Shown here: piece after piece, positions 1 through 11,127 of the stretch
Layout of the letters: the number at the start of each line of letters is the position of its first letter
How positions within the stretch are numbered: position 1 is the first letter of the stretch
Assembly: GCF_030684315.1 (NCBI RefSeq)
Contig: NC_081386.1
Location: 3,295,914-3,359,913 of the forward strand
Direction: 5' to 3'
From: Stegostoma tigrinum
Lineage: Eukaryota
DNA: 64,000 bases
Program-made: the position numbers and the translations under genes
Notes under the pieces: generated by a model
Database searches by the model: none
The model's input: the letters and a program-made list of their open reading frames with translations, nothing else
What the model was told of the DNA's origin: nothing

Positions 1-1004
1 GTCACAGGGCGCACCACGTAATCACCTTGCAATGGTGCCAGACCTGGTGCTCTGGATGAATGTTTGCTGCTGCAAGGGCCACACTGATTTTGGTGGACCA
101 GGCTGAGAGGATCTTGCCATCATTCCACTATATTGGATCCCATCATTGGGCTCTTTCCTCTCTTCATTCCAGTTGATGCCACCTTCCCTAATGCAATGAA
201 ACAAAGTATAGCCCAGGCCTCTCAGATTAATTTCCTATAGGGTCCATGGTCAATCTCTTCATGTACCCAACTCTGAGTTATCCTGTAAGTTACCTTATCC
301 TTCAGTTGCCTCTCGGCCTTATCAGCCCTCTCCAGGTTTTGGCACTTTGTTCAAATCAAGGCTGGAACTCACTCTTACTCTCAAGAGCCAGACATTGTAA
401 ATACTGCACCCACTGTTTAACTTCTCCTCCTGTGCTTTCCTCTCCTGCCTTTCACTAGTTAATTCTGCCACCAGCGGATTCACCAGGATAGCTGGTGTAC
501 ACAAATGTCCTGTCTTCCAACTCTGTCATTTCTTTCTGAACCCACTTTAAGTTTCCCTGTCAGAATGCCTCTGAGTACAGAAATGTTCTGCTCATCCACT
601 GCCTTGTCCTCTGGATAGCTAATGCATATTAGGAGATGCATTTACCATACAGAAACCCTTAACTTGCTTCCCGTACACATGACCTTACACTGAGATTTGA
701 CCGGGTCAGGATTTTGTTGTCAACTTTAAAGTCCTACTATGATCACCAGATTCTGTAAACAGTTCATGTTCCACTCTAATGATGGTTTGTAGACTTAGAT
801 TTTTTATAACGAACAAAATCATAGACACAGGGCTTGGATCAACTATGAAATTCTTGTTTATACGAATAACCCCTAAAATGCCCTTACAGACAGCCTCTAC
901 GCTAGTCTAAATGACATACCTAGATGGCTTCTTCAGATTTAAATCCCTCCATGATTTAACCTCTGCATTCACCCAAAACACACAAAGCCACCACAACTTA
1001 TTAG

Positions 1005-1870
1005 AAAACAAAATGGAAAAAGCTGGAGAAACCTCAACAGGTTTGGCAGCATTTGTGGAGAGAAAGTGGAGTCAATGTTCCATGTCCAGTGACCCTTCTT
1101 AAGAACCGACTGTAGCTGGAATAAAGTTGGCATATGTGGTACAGAAGAGGTGGGGGAAGGGTGAAGGAATAAATGATAGGTGGAGATGCTGTCCAGAGAG
1201 TGAGGGGGAAGGGGAGAGAAAACAGCAGTTGAGCAGACAAAGGAATGAATAATGGTAGGCCTGGGAGAAAGAAAAGCTGGTAATGCAGACTGTGGGCGGA
1301 AATGTTGTGGTGAAAACAGCCCATGTGATGACAAGGCCTGATGTGTGGGAAGAAATTGCAGTGTGGGGCTGGGGGAACTAAGGCCTGAGGCGGTGGACGG
1401 AAGGCCACCAGAAGCGGAGAGGTCGTAGACAGCGTGGGAGACAGTAGCTTGATGGGCCACGTTGGGGTCATGGAACATGGTATTGGAGAGTTGACATTCA
1501 GCCTTTGCGACAGAGGTCTGTCCTCATGACTAATACCACCCCGCCTTTGTCAGCAGGTTTGATAGTTAGCAACAAAAAGGTCCAGGGTGGGGAAGAGGCT
1601 GGCAGGGGGTGTCGAGGAGGAGGAGGAGGAAGGCTGGAGGCAGGAGCAGGTGTCCTGGGTGGGTGGTTGGAAGTCTTTAATCGAAGAAGGAGGCACAGAG
1701 GCAGAAGCAGTGGAAGAAGAGTTCCATGTCATGGCAGACATAAAACTCGTTCAGGTGGGGGTGGAATAACACAAACATGAGCCCTTTACTGAGGACAGAA
1801 TGTTTGGCCTCAGAAGTTTCGAGGTCAGGGAAAATTAAAGCCCTTTCCATTTCCATCCATTCCTCCAAAC
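1005..1870 (-). mobile_element. Degraded Penelope-like element fragment
   Basis: Minus strand near 1500-1560 reads KPADKGGVVLVMRTDL (PLE RT N-terminal ADKG motif), followed by DPNVAHQATVSHAVYDL. A PLE-type terminus lies at ~1010-1105. Confidence 0.7.
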
Positions 1871-2459
1871 TATAACATATATCTGAAAAGTGCATGTTGC
1901 TGTAGCAGCAGGGACTCTGAGTGAACAGTAATTACCACATATTTTGTGTGGCCATGTGTAACAGATAATAGGCATCTAATGCATATCAAGATAGAACCAT
2001 ACTTTTGACAAATATTTTGTACGATTATCTTTGCCGATAGCTTGCAGACGGTCAGAAGTCACATGGCACTAAGTTATAGTCCAACAGGTTTATTTGAAAT
2101 CACAAGCTTTTGGAGTACTGTTCCTTCGTTTGGTGAAGTTATGGTAAAAGGGCAGGAGAATAGCACCAAATCAAGATCCTCTTCGACAATGGCCAGAACA
2201 GCTTTACTTGCAATATAACAATTCTGTAAGGCAACTTAATTTAATACCAGAGAAAACTTGAAGATAGCCAATCCTTTCATGACATCCCAGACGGTTTAGC
2301 CACGCCATAAGAGTGACAGCTGTGAGGCTCTAATAACACTACCAACAGTCGAAACTCACACACAAAAAGCGACATACAGTATTTCCTACAGCTGGCTTGC
2401 AGCAGCAGTCCTGCAAGTGACCTTACTCTCCCAGGGGCTTTGATTGACAGGAGCAAAGT

Positions 2460-3370
2460 TTCCCGTGCTGGTGATGACGCGGCGGCCCCACCCGGCAGCC
2501 AATGGGCGGCGCCGCGCCGTGTGTGACGTCAGGGGCAGGCTGAGCCGGCCGCTTTGTCCGTGTAAACAGGCCCAGGGAGGCCAGGCCAAGCCCAGCCGAG
2601 CTGGCGGACACAGGCCGCTCGCTCTTTGCCCTTTTTTTCCCGTTATTTTAATTTTGGAGGTAGGTCACCGCTGCCGCGAGATTTAAGAGGAATTCTACCT
2701 AATCAGTATTCCCCCCACTTGCGTTGAGATGTACTAGCCACCGCGGGCTTGCGGCCTCGTCAGGCAATTCCCCTCACCCCGCCCACAGCTAAAGGGATTG
2801 ATGTACCCTACCTGTACATGCTTTATTTTATAACTATTATTCTTGCTCCCCTTCACTCAGGCCTCGCACGCCCTCCACTTGAACCCCGTACCGACAGAGG
2901 AAGCGCCAAGAGGGGACGCGGCTAGCTAAAGGGGCGGGGCCCGTGTCGATCTGATTGACGTCGCCGTAAGCCAATGGGAAGTGGGCGTGTCCGGTTTGGC
3001 GGCCGTGATTGACAACTTCGCGGGGAGGCCGTGTCCAATCAGGTTGGGCATGGTGGGCGGGGCTTCCGGCTGTCTGTTTGAGCGGTGGGGCGGAGTTCGA
3101 TGATGGTGGGATCAGGTCTCTCTGGCCTGGGCAGTGTTTGCTGCCAGGGCACGGGAGAGGCTGGAGCGGAAAAAGGCCATGGGGGGGGGAGGAAAGGCCC
3201 GGTTTGATGTCGAAGGATATTCTGTTCATTCACCGAACTTCCAAAACATGAGTCGGGAGGGGGCCGGGTTTATCGGTGACTTCTGGGCGAGACAGTTGCC
3301 ATGGTGAGAAGGCGCGGGTGGGTGGGGCTAAATTGCCCTCTTCCCCCGGAACCTGCTACTGGGCGGTGGT
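2460..3370 (+). promoter_or_regulatory. ZFAND6: CpG-island promoter of ZFAND6 (two motif clusters)
   Basis: Strongest CpG-rich stretch in the window. CCAAT at 2499, 2971 and 3035; full CRE TGACGTCA at 2524-2531; GC boxes GGGGCGGGG at ~2931 and GGGCGGGG at ~3055; splice donors GAG|GTAGGT (2660) and ATG|GTGAGA (3304). Lies upstream of the first coding exon on the same strand. Confidence 0.8.
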
Positions 3371-3789
3371 ATCATGTACAGCACCAATCGTCCAACTCCT
3401 GAGCCTTGTCATTAGTATATTGTAAGTAAAGAGATTCAAATTTGTTTTTTTTTAAAAAAGCGTAAAGCCCGTGTAGTGAGTTTATTAGAAAAATCTCAAG
3501 GAGCCTGACTACATCGAAACGATGACATTTGTAAGAAAAAGATTTACTTTCTACATTTGTTACTGTACAATTTGTCAACAACGTTTAAGGATCTAATTCC
3601 TATACTCAGCTGCTGTAGCCTTTTTCTTTTAAAATAGCCAATAACTCTGACTAATTTAAATCCTATATTAGTTTTGCATTTCTCTTCCTCTTTAAATTAT
3701 ATTTTCTTCATTAATTTGTCTCCAAATCATGAAAGTTAGTTCCCATTTTCCCAGACTAAAAGGCTGGATGTGTGTGACAATCTGGTATA

Positions 3790-5000
3790 GAGCAATAAAG
3801 GCCCATTAAGACTGAAACCAGAGATTGCGAGGGCATCAGAAGCTGACATGACAACGGCCTACCAAGCTTAGTCAACCCTGCAATATCCTCCTTGCAAATT
3901 TGCTAGAACTGGGAGGGCTGTCCCTCAAACTGCTCGAACCACATCATTGTCATTTCTACAGATTGTCAGTAAGATAGCATTCAATTTGTAAGAGCAACCC
4001 ATTCCTGATTACATTCCTATCCATCAGAAATGTTGTGTAATCCAGACCAAGGCTCTGAGAATTCACAGCATTGATATATTACTGCAATAGCTTAAATTTG
4101 GGCAAGGAAACCTAAAAGAGAATGTCTGCTGACATCATGTAAACGCAAAACGCAGAGGCACAGTAACCCTGCCAGTGGTAACCAGTGATATCTGTAAATT
4201 GATGCTTCACCTCAATGCTGTGCCTGTGGCCTTTGGAGGGGTTGGACAGCTTGCAGGTGGAAGGGCCAATGTGTAGGTGCTGTGGGACAGGCAATTGGTA
4301 TTGAGGACTCAGAGTGGACCACGGTGCCACAGAGCGAATAATACTTTTGCACTTCTGAAAAAGGTACTATGCTGGAAGTGGATGTTTTATTTAGTGTGAC
4401 AACTGATGAGTTGGGAAGGGAGAAAGATGACATAAGGTTTGAGGGTTTCATCCTGGAGGAATGTCCTTGGTTGGGTGGAAAAAGATGATGTCAGAAACAC
4501 TGATGGAGTCAGACAAATATGACAGAAAATCTGGAAGAATGGACCATTGGATAAGTTGTGGATTTGCATCAGAAGCGAGAAGATTGCGGGAGGAAAAATG
4601 TTTGAGAAAGCAAGAAATACATACTATGGGGCAAGAACAAATTGGAATAGTTGGCTTATTCCAGAAGCAACGTGTGATCCTACAAGTAATGGTTCATCAA
4701 AGCTCTGTTGAATCCGAACACAGTGGCTAGTTAAGCAACTGTTGAGAGAAGGATGCTGTATGAGCAGCCTAGATGGAAGAGCCTGATGTGTGAATGCAAA
4801 ATACCAAGAGAACTGTTTGCAACTAACTTCAACCAGAAGTACCAAGAAATTTATCCATCTACTCATCCTGAGATCCTCAATATCACAAATGCTAGCCTTC
4901 AGCCAATTGAATACAATGTAAGTCATACCAAATAATAGCTGAGCGCACTAGATCCACTAGAGCTGTGGGACCTGGCAACAATCCAGGTGTAGCATTGTGT
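3790..5000 (+). mobile_element. Highly decayed LINE fragments
   Basis: Remnant endonuclease and RT-proximal motifs (e.g. gctgtgggacctggcaacaatcca, a GPD-like motif). No intact frame. Confidence 0.4.
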
Positions 5001-6332
5001 TAGGAAATTCACATTGCTCGTTTTATCAGTTCCCAGAACTAGAGAGTGATGGTCTAGTTATTCGTTCTTGGGACATAAATATGTACCTGATAATTCTGTA
5101 ATGGGAGATTTCCGGTGTTGTGTTTTTGTTTTTGAAAAAGTTAAATTTTCTTGTAGTAAAAGGGTTAAGCACTTACATTGTGCCTTTCCTTTAGGAATGT
5201 TATTAACATTAAAAATTAACACAAAAATACATGGAGCTGCAAAAGAGTTTGGGTAGGTGAATCGTAAAGAAATTTGGGGAGTAATTCCAGAGTATGGGGG
5301 CTGTGGAGCTGAGAGCACAGTCATCAATGCTGGTACAGTTCAAATCAGGGATATGCAAACGCCACATTGTGAGCATTGATCCAAAGCATTATATTTCATG
5401 CTTTTTGTATCGTTGCTGCTTGACCTACTGAGTATACTCAACATCAACAGTATTTTACTTCAGTCATTTGGGAAAATATAGTTATCCAGCTATCCATTTT
5501 GAAATGCATGGGTTGCCCCCAGTAGTAGCAATGCAGTGAGCCTCTCTTTGCTCTTAAAGGAAGCCCTGATAATGAATCCAGGCAAGGTTACAGATCGGTT
5601 ATGTTAAATAGCCACACTTGGAACTCTTGTTAATTCAGGAGATTGCATAATATATATGACATAGAAACATGCTGGCCTAATCAACAAGCCCATGCTGGTA
5701 TTATACTCCAAGTAAGCTTCCTCCCTTTCCTCATCTATATCTCTCATTGTACTCCTCTAATCCCTTCTCCCTCAGTTGCTTTTCTAAATTCACCTGAGAT
5801 GCTTCCAAACTATTCAATTCAGCCACTCCCCTGGCAATGAATCTCACAATGAAAAAAGTTTCTTTTGAATTCTCTTATGTGTTGGTGAAGAATTTCATTT
5901 TGGTAGCCCCAAGTTGCAGCATGCAGTTCTCTCTTTCCTCTTACAATGTCCCTGTATCCACTCTATCAAAACATTTCAGAGTTTAAAGTTAGTAGATCAT
6001 TTTCAGCCCTTTTTATGTCCTTCAAAATAACAAACTGGTTGTCGAATCTTCTCCTGATTTATGTATCAATGCATTTGTGGTATCATTTTTAATCTTTTTT
6101 GCATCTTCTCTGGTGTCTGTATGCCCTTTTCATAATACGTCAAGTAGAATGATAACGCAGTACCATTATAAATTTGATCTAACCAAGGCTCAGTACAGGT
6201 TGAGCGTAACTTCTTTCTTTGCAATGTTATTTCTCTAGAAATAAAACTGACTCTTCTTTAAACATCACCTAACTCCAGTTGCAGCTTTGTGATTGCTCAA
6301 TTTGTGCTTGCAGAGAAGTTCTTGTGCATCTA

Positions 6333-7787
6333 AGATAATAAAATGTGAGGCTGGATGAACACAGCAGGCCAAGCAGCATCTCAGGAGCACAAAAGCTGAC
6401 ATTTCGGGCCTAGACCCTTCATCAGAGAGGGGGATGGGGAGAGGGAACTGGAATAAATAGGGAGAGAGGGGGAGGTGGACCGAAGATGGAGAGTAAAGAA
6501 GATAGGTGGAGAGAGTGTAGGTGGGGAGGTAGGGAGGGGACAGGTCAGTCCAGGGAAGACGGACAGGTCAAGGAGGTGGGATGAGGTTAGTAGGTAGCTG
6601 GGGGTGCGGCTTGGGGTAGGAGGAAGGGATGGGTGAGAGGAAGAACAGGTTAGGGAGGCAGAGACAGGTTGGACTGGTTTTGGGATGCAGTGGGTGGGGG
6701 GGGAAGAGCTGGGCTGGTTGTGTGGTGCAGTGGGGCGAGGGGACGAACTGGGCTGGTTTAGGGATGCAGTCGGGGAAAGGGAGATTTTGAAACTCGTGAA
6801 GTCCACATTGATACCATATGGCTGTAGCGTTCCCAGGCGGAATATGAGATGCTGTTCCTGCAACCTTCGGGTGGCATCATTGTGGCATTGCAGGAGGCCC
6901 ATGACGGACATGTCATCTAGAGAATGGGAGGGGGAGTGGAAATGGTTTGCGACTGGGAGGTGCAGTTGTTTGTTGCGAACTGAGCGGAGGTGTTCTGCAA
7001 AGCGGTCCCCAAGCCTCTGCTTGGTTTCCCCAATGTAGAGGAAGCCGCACCGGGTACAGTGGATGCAGTATACCACATTGGCAGATGTGCAGGTGAACCT
7101 CTGCTTAATGTGGAATGTCATCTTGGGGCCTGGGATGGGGGTGAGGGAGGAGGTGTGGGGACAGGTGTAGCATTTCCTGCGGTTGCAGGGGAAGGTGCCG
7201 GGTGTGGTGGAGTTGGAGGGCAGTGTGGAGCGAACAAGGGAGTCACGGAGAGAGTGGTCTCTCCGGAAAGCTGACAGGGGAGGGGATGGAAAAATGTCTT
7301 GGGTGGTGGGGTCAGATTGTAAATGGCGGAAGTGTCGGAGGATAATGCGTTGTATCCGGAGGTTGGTAGGGTGGTGTGTGAGAACGAGGGGGATCCTCTT
7401 TGGGCGGTTGGGGCGGGGTGTGAGGGATGTGTTGCAGGAAATACGGGAGACGCGGTCAAGGGCGTTCTCGATCACTGTGGGGGGAAAGTTGTGGTCCTGA
7501 AAGAACTTGGACATCTGGGATGTGCGGGAGTGGAATGTCTTATCGTGGGAGCAGATGCGGCGGAGGCGGAGGAATTGGGAATAGGGGATGGAATTTTTGC
7601 AGGAGGGTGGGTGGGAGGAGGTGTATTCTAGGTAGCTGTGGGAGTCGGTGGGCTTGAAATGGACATCAGTTACAAGCTGGTTGCCTGAGATGGAGACTGA
7701 GAGGTCCAGGAAGGTGAGGGATGTGCTGGAGATTGCCCAGGTGAACTGAAGGTTGGGGTGGAAGGTGTTGGTGAAGTGGATGAACTC
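6333..7787 (-). mobile_element. Young 5'-truncated Penelope-like retroelement (RT thumb + GIY-YIG endonuclease)
   Basis: Open frame FIHFTNTFHPNLQFTW...KPTDSHSYL...CTSANVVYCIHCTRCGFLYIGETKQRLGDRFAEH...LGTLQPYGIN. Exact 14-bp TSD TTCTTGTGCATCTA at 6319-6332 and 7788-7801. Confidence 0.93.
6395..6429 (-). ncRNA. Minimal type I hammerhead ribozyme motif in PLE terminus
   Basis: Minus strand: ctct CTGATGA a gggt ctag gccc GAAA t GTC ag. Core intact except the C15.2 to U change. Confidence 0.6.
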
Positions 7788-8716
7788 TTCTTGTGCATCT
7801 ATTCTGTTTTACTTCATATTTCTCCCATTTTCTGTCTTCAGTACTTTAAGATCAAAATAATTTGTAGTTCTGTGTGAATATTTGGATGAAGTGAAACGAT
7901 TTGTAGGAAATTACCTGAAGTAGCTTAGTTAATTAACTATGGATCTGGTGTTTTCCCCACATTGGATAAGGTGTTGTAGTGGGTGTGGCTTGCTGATATG
8001 ACATCACATTGACTGACAGCTGATCTTGTGCTGACGAAACAATAAGTATTACGGTAAACCTGGGGGTGGGGGAAACCTGTATGCAGTCAGGGATACAAAT
8101 TATGCAAAAATCAAGAAATTGAGGTATATGCTGACTTTTAAACTCATTTTAATAAGCAAGTTGGTTGGTAGAAAAGTTTGTATGAGGGTGAATTTCTAGC
8201 CTAAAATCCTGCTACAGACTTCTAGAATTAATCTAGCATACCTGAAATCTTCAGTGAAAAGAGTAACTTATTTTCTTCTTTCCTTGAACATATTTAACAT
8301 TGAACTATTTGTGCAGTGATTTAGTAGGTGATGTCTGCTTAAACTGAGTTCAGATCTCCAGAATTGGTAAAATTGTCAGTTTCTTTTGATTTTCAGTAAT
8401 GATGACATGCTGTTTGTCAAGAATTGGTTATTCTTTACTTTGATTACTCCAATGGACTTAATTCTTGTTAAGATTCTTTCTTTTTCAGCTTGCATTTTCA
8501 CCCCTACTGGGAGAGAAATGTGTTCAGTTCACATGCTTTGGTTCCCTGTACATATTTGTAACAAACTCTAGTTGAGCTAATCTGAGGGCTGTTGTCAGGC
8601 AGTCTTTCCTTAACTCAATGACTCTTGGTGCCACTGTATCTCAAAGAAACAACCTCACTGTTCCAAAAATCAGTATTATCTTTCACTAGGTCAAATCTGC
8701 ACTACCTGATTATCAT

Positions 8717-8745
8717 CCCCCCCCCCCCCCCCCCCCCCCCCCCCC
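8717..8745 (+). repeat. Poly-C homopolymer (29 nt)
   Basis: Direct read. Confidence 0.95.
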
Positions 8746-9920
8746 GCCGCCAAGTTGCAAAACTCTCTTCGTATTTCAAGTACATAATGATCTACAACTT
8801 CCAGTTTATAGTCTAAAATGGAAAAAAAGTAGTCCCTTGCACGAGCATAGAAGATTACAAAATTGTCAAACTACAAATTTCAACTTTCTAAAATTTAAAA
8901 TTGTTCCACAATATAATGGTTCTGAAAAGGTTAATGTTGGAGACTGAACAAGGACTTGGGTCTTTAAGACTTGGATGAAGAAAAGGCAGTAGAGCTTAGA
9001 ATCTGTTGGAGTAAAACTATATTTTGGATCCTTTCGTATGTCTAACTTACTGATGTTCCTTTTGTACATGTTTTCTATGAGGCAGTAAACCACATGAGTG
9101 GGTTTTGTAGTGCAATGGTAATGCCCCTCTCTCTTAACCAGAAGAAGTTGGTTCAAGTCACAGCTACCCCAGAGATGTCAGGTGTCCAAACAGGTTGATT
9201 TTAAAATAACATGAAACAGTTTCACAATATTAAAGGATGTTATCTTTTAATGAAAACAAGCTGTTTTACAGTTAATTCATTTTTCTCTGCCACTGTAAGC
9301 CAAGTAGGCCCTTTAAACCACTGAAGGAAATGGGATGGTGGCAGGAAAATACCCTAGCTATAATCTGGTAATTGGCATCACAAAATATACAAGAAAAACA
9401 CAAATAAAATAAAGCGAACCAATTGACATCCCTACACTATCTTCGCATTGAAGCTGTGAGAAGATGGCCCATTTGAGGTGCTGATCCACATATGCTCACT
9501 GTGGTGTTTGTCACTGTATAACTGGTGTAATCAATTGAATGCTTTCCTTTACTCCTTTAGTGAAAGTTTCTAATTTTTTTTTCTAGAGATTGAATTCTCC
9601 CTCTTATTCTGTACTATCCCTTTTACAAATGTGTAGATTAATGTGTAAATTAGTAAATATACAAATTCCCTGACATGGTAATGGGAAGTTTTTTTTTTGG
9701 AAATATCTGTCCTCTCCCTGTTTCTCTTCGTTCCATTTCTCCCACTTCCAGAGCAAGACTTAAATGTAGAGATAGTGGCCTGAGATTCTGAAATTGGCTA
9801 CAGAGCAGCAAATGCTTTGCGATATTCTTTTATGAAGCACACCTTTCTTGCCAATTACAGATTCGATTTTAAAAGATTGGCGGAGAGCCGTCACAAATCA
9901 TGTTTTGAACATTTGTTTCA

Positions 9921-10142
9921 GAGATAGGAACTGCAGATGTTGGAGAATCTGAGATAACAGGGTGTAGAGCTGCATGAACACAGCAGGCCAAGCAGCATCA
10001 GAGGAGCAAGAAGGCTGATGTTTCGGGCTTAGACCCTTCAGAAAAACCCCAGAAGAAGGGCCTAGACCCGAAATGTCAGCCTTCCTCCTCCTCCGAAGCT
10101 GCTTGGCCTGCTGTGTTCACGCAGCTCTACACCTTCTTATCT
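9921..10142. mobile_element. Miniature fold-back PLE (two inverted termini plus tail)
   Basis: ~90-bp arms (agataacagggtgtagagc...gacccttc and gaaggg...gctctacaccttcttatct) are reverse complements. Preceded by the tail ggaactgcagatgttggagaatc. Confidence 0.85.
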
Positions 10143-10979
10143 AAGACTTAAACGTACCTGTTTTGTAATGTTAAGTACCTTGGTTACCTTAGTCACGTTT
10201 TTTAAAAATCCTTTACTGGTGTTGTACTCTCCCAGTTATTTTACAATAATGCTGATTTTTTTTTTGAAAGGAAAAAAGTTATGAATTTTAAGGCAACAAC
10301 CCAGTGTGATCCTATTTGTTCAGATCAGTAATACTCTGGACCACAATTGATGAAAGCTTGCTTCCTTCTAAGATGAATCAAGTTTAGTAGATATCACAGA
10401 CCTAGCCACAGGTGTGGAAATAAGCATTCTGGCTGCTGCAGCCTCATCTTAGAAAATATTTTTTCCATGGGCACACTATATAGCTAAACGTATTACACCT
10501 GTGTATATTAACAAACATCTACATGCAACTTCCGTGGAAGTAAAGCTCATGATAGAAGCAATAGCACAGTGCTGCAACCATTGCTCATTTATTTTACCAA
10601 AATATGTATGTATACCATCATGCAGTGATTTTTTTCAGTGTAAAAATCTATGTTCAGGTTTATTACTCTTGCCTAATTTGAAATGCTATTAGGCGTATCT
10701 GCCAACGAGCAAATCACCAGTGTCGTCTTATGCTTAATACTCAGAGTTAAGACCTCGACAAACAAGGAAGATTTTAATTGTATTGTGGCAACACATTGTT
10801 CTGCAAACACTAATTTGAAAGCCTTTTTTTTCCCTAATATTCTTCCCAAACTGTATTTTACATAGATGTCAGTACAACCTACAACACTATTGCATTTCTG
10901 GCTTTGCAACTGTCATATCTTGTGACTGTGTGACTCTTTTAAATTTCTAACTTTCTCTTGCAAGGTCTGTTGGAGGAAC

Positions 10980-11127
10980 ATGGCTCAAGAAACCAATCAG
11001 ACTCAAGTGCCTATGCTGTGTACCACTGGCTGTGGATTTTATGGGAACCCACGAACGAATGGCATGTGTTCAGTTTGCTATAAGGATTTTCTTCAAAGGC
11101 AAAACAATAATGGCAGAATAAGTCCTG
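10980..11127 (+). CDS. ZFAND6: ZFAND6 first coding exon (A20 zinc finger)
   Basis: Acceptor tttctcttgcaag|10965; ATG at 10980. Translates [49 protein letters not shown], near-identical to the ZFAND5/6 N-terminus. Donor G|gtaaat, phase 1. Confidence 0.97.

Noticed and set aside
22-720. Possible decayed gag zinc-knuckle (FHC..EG) on the minus strand
   Set aside because: Only one of the CCHC ligands is present; too degenerate to support.
2386-3251. ORFs across the CpG island
   Set aside because: GC-rich, stop-poor promoter sequence with no recognisable protein motifs.
6381-7657. Several long overlapping ORFs with Pro/Ser-rich tails
   Set aside because: All are alternative frames or antisense of the Penelope element, not host genes.
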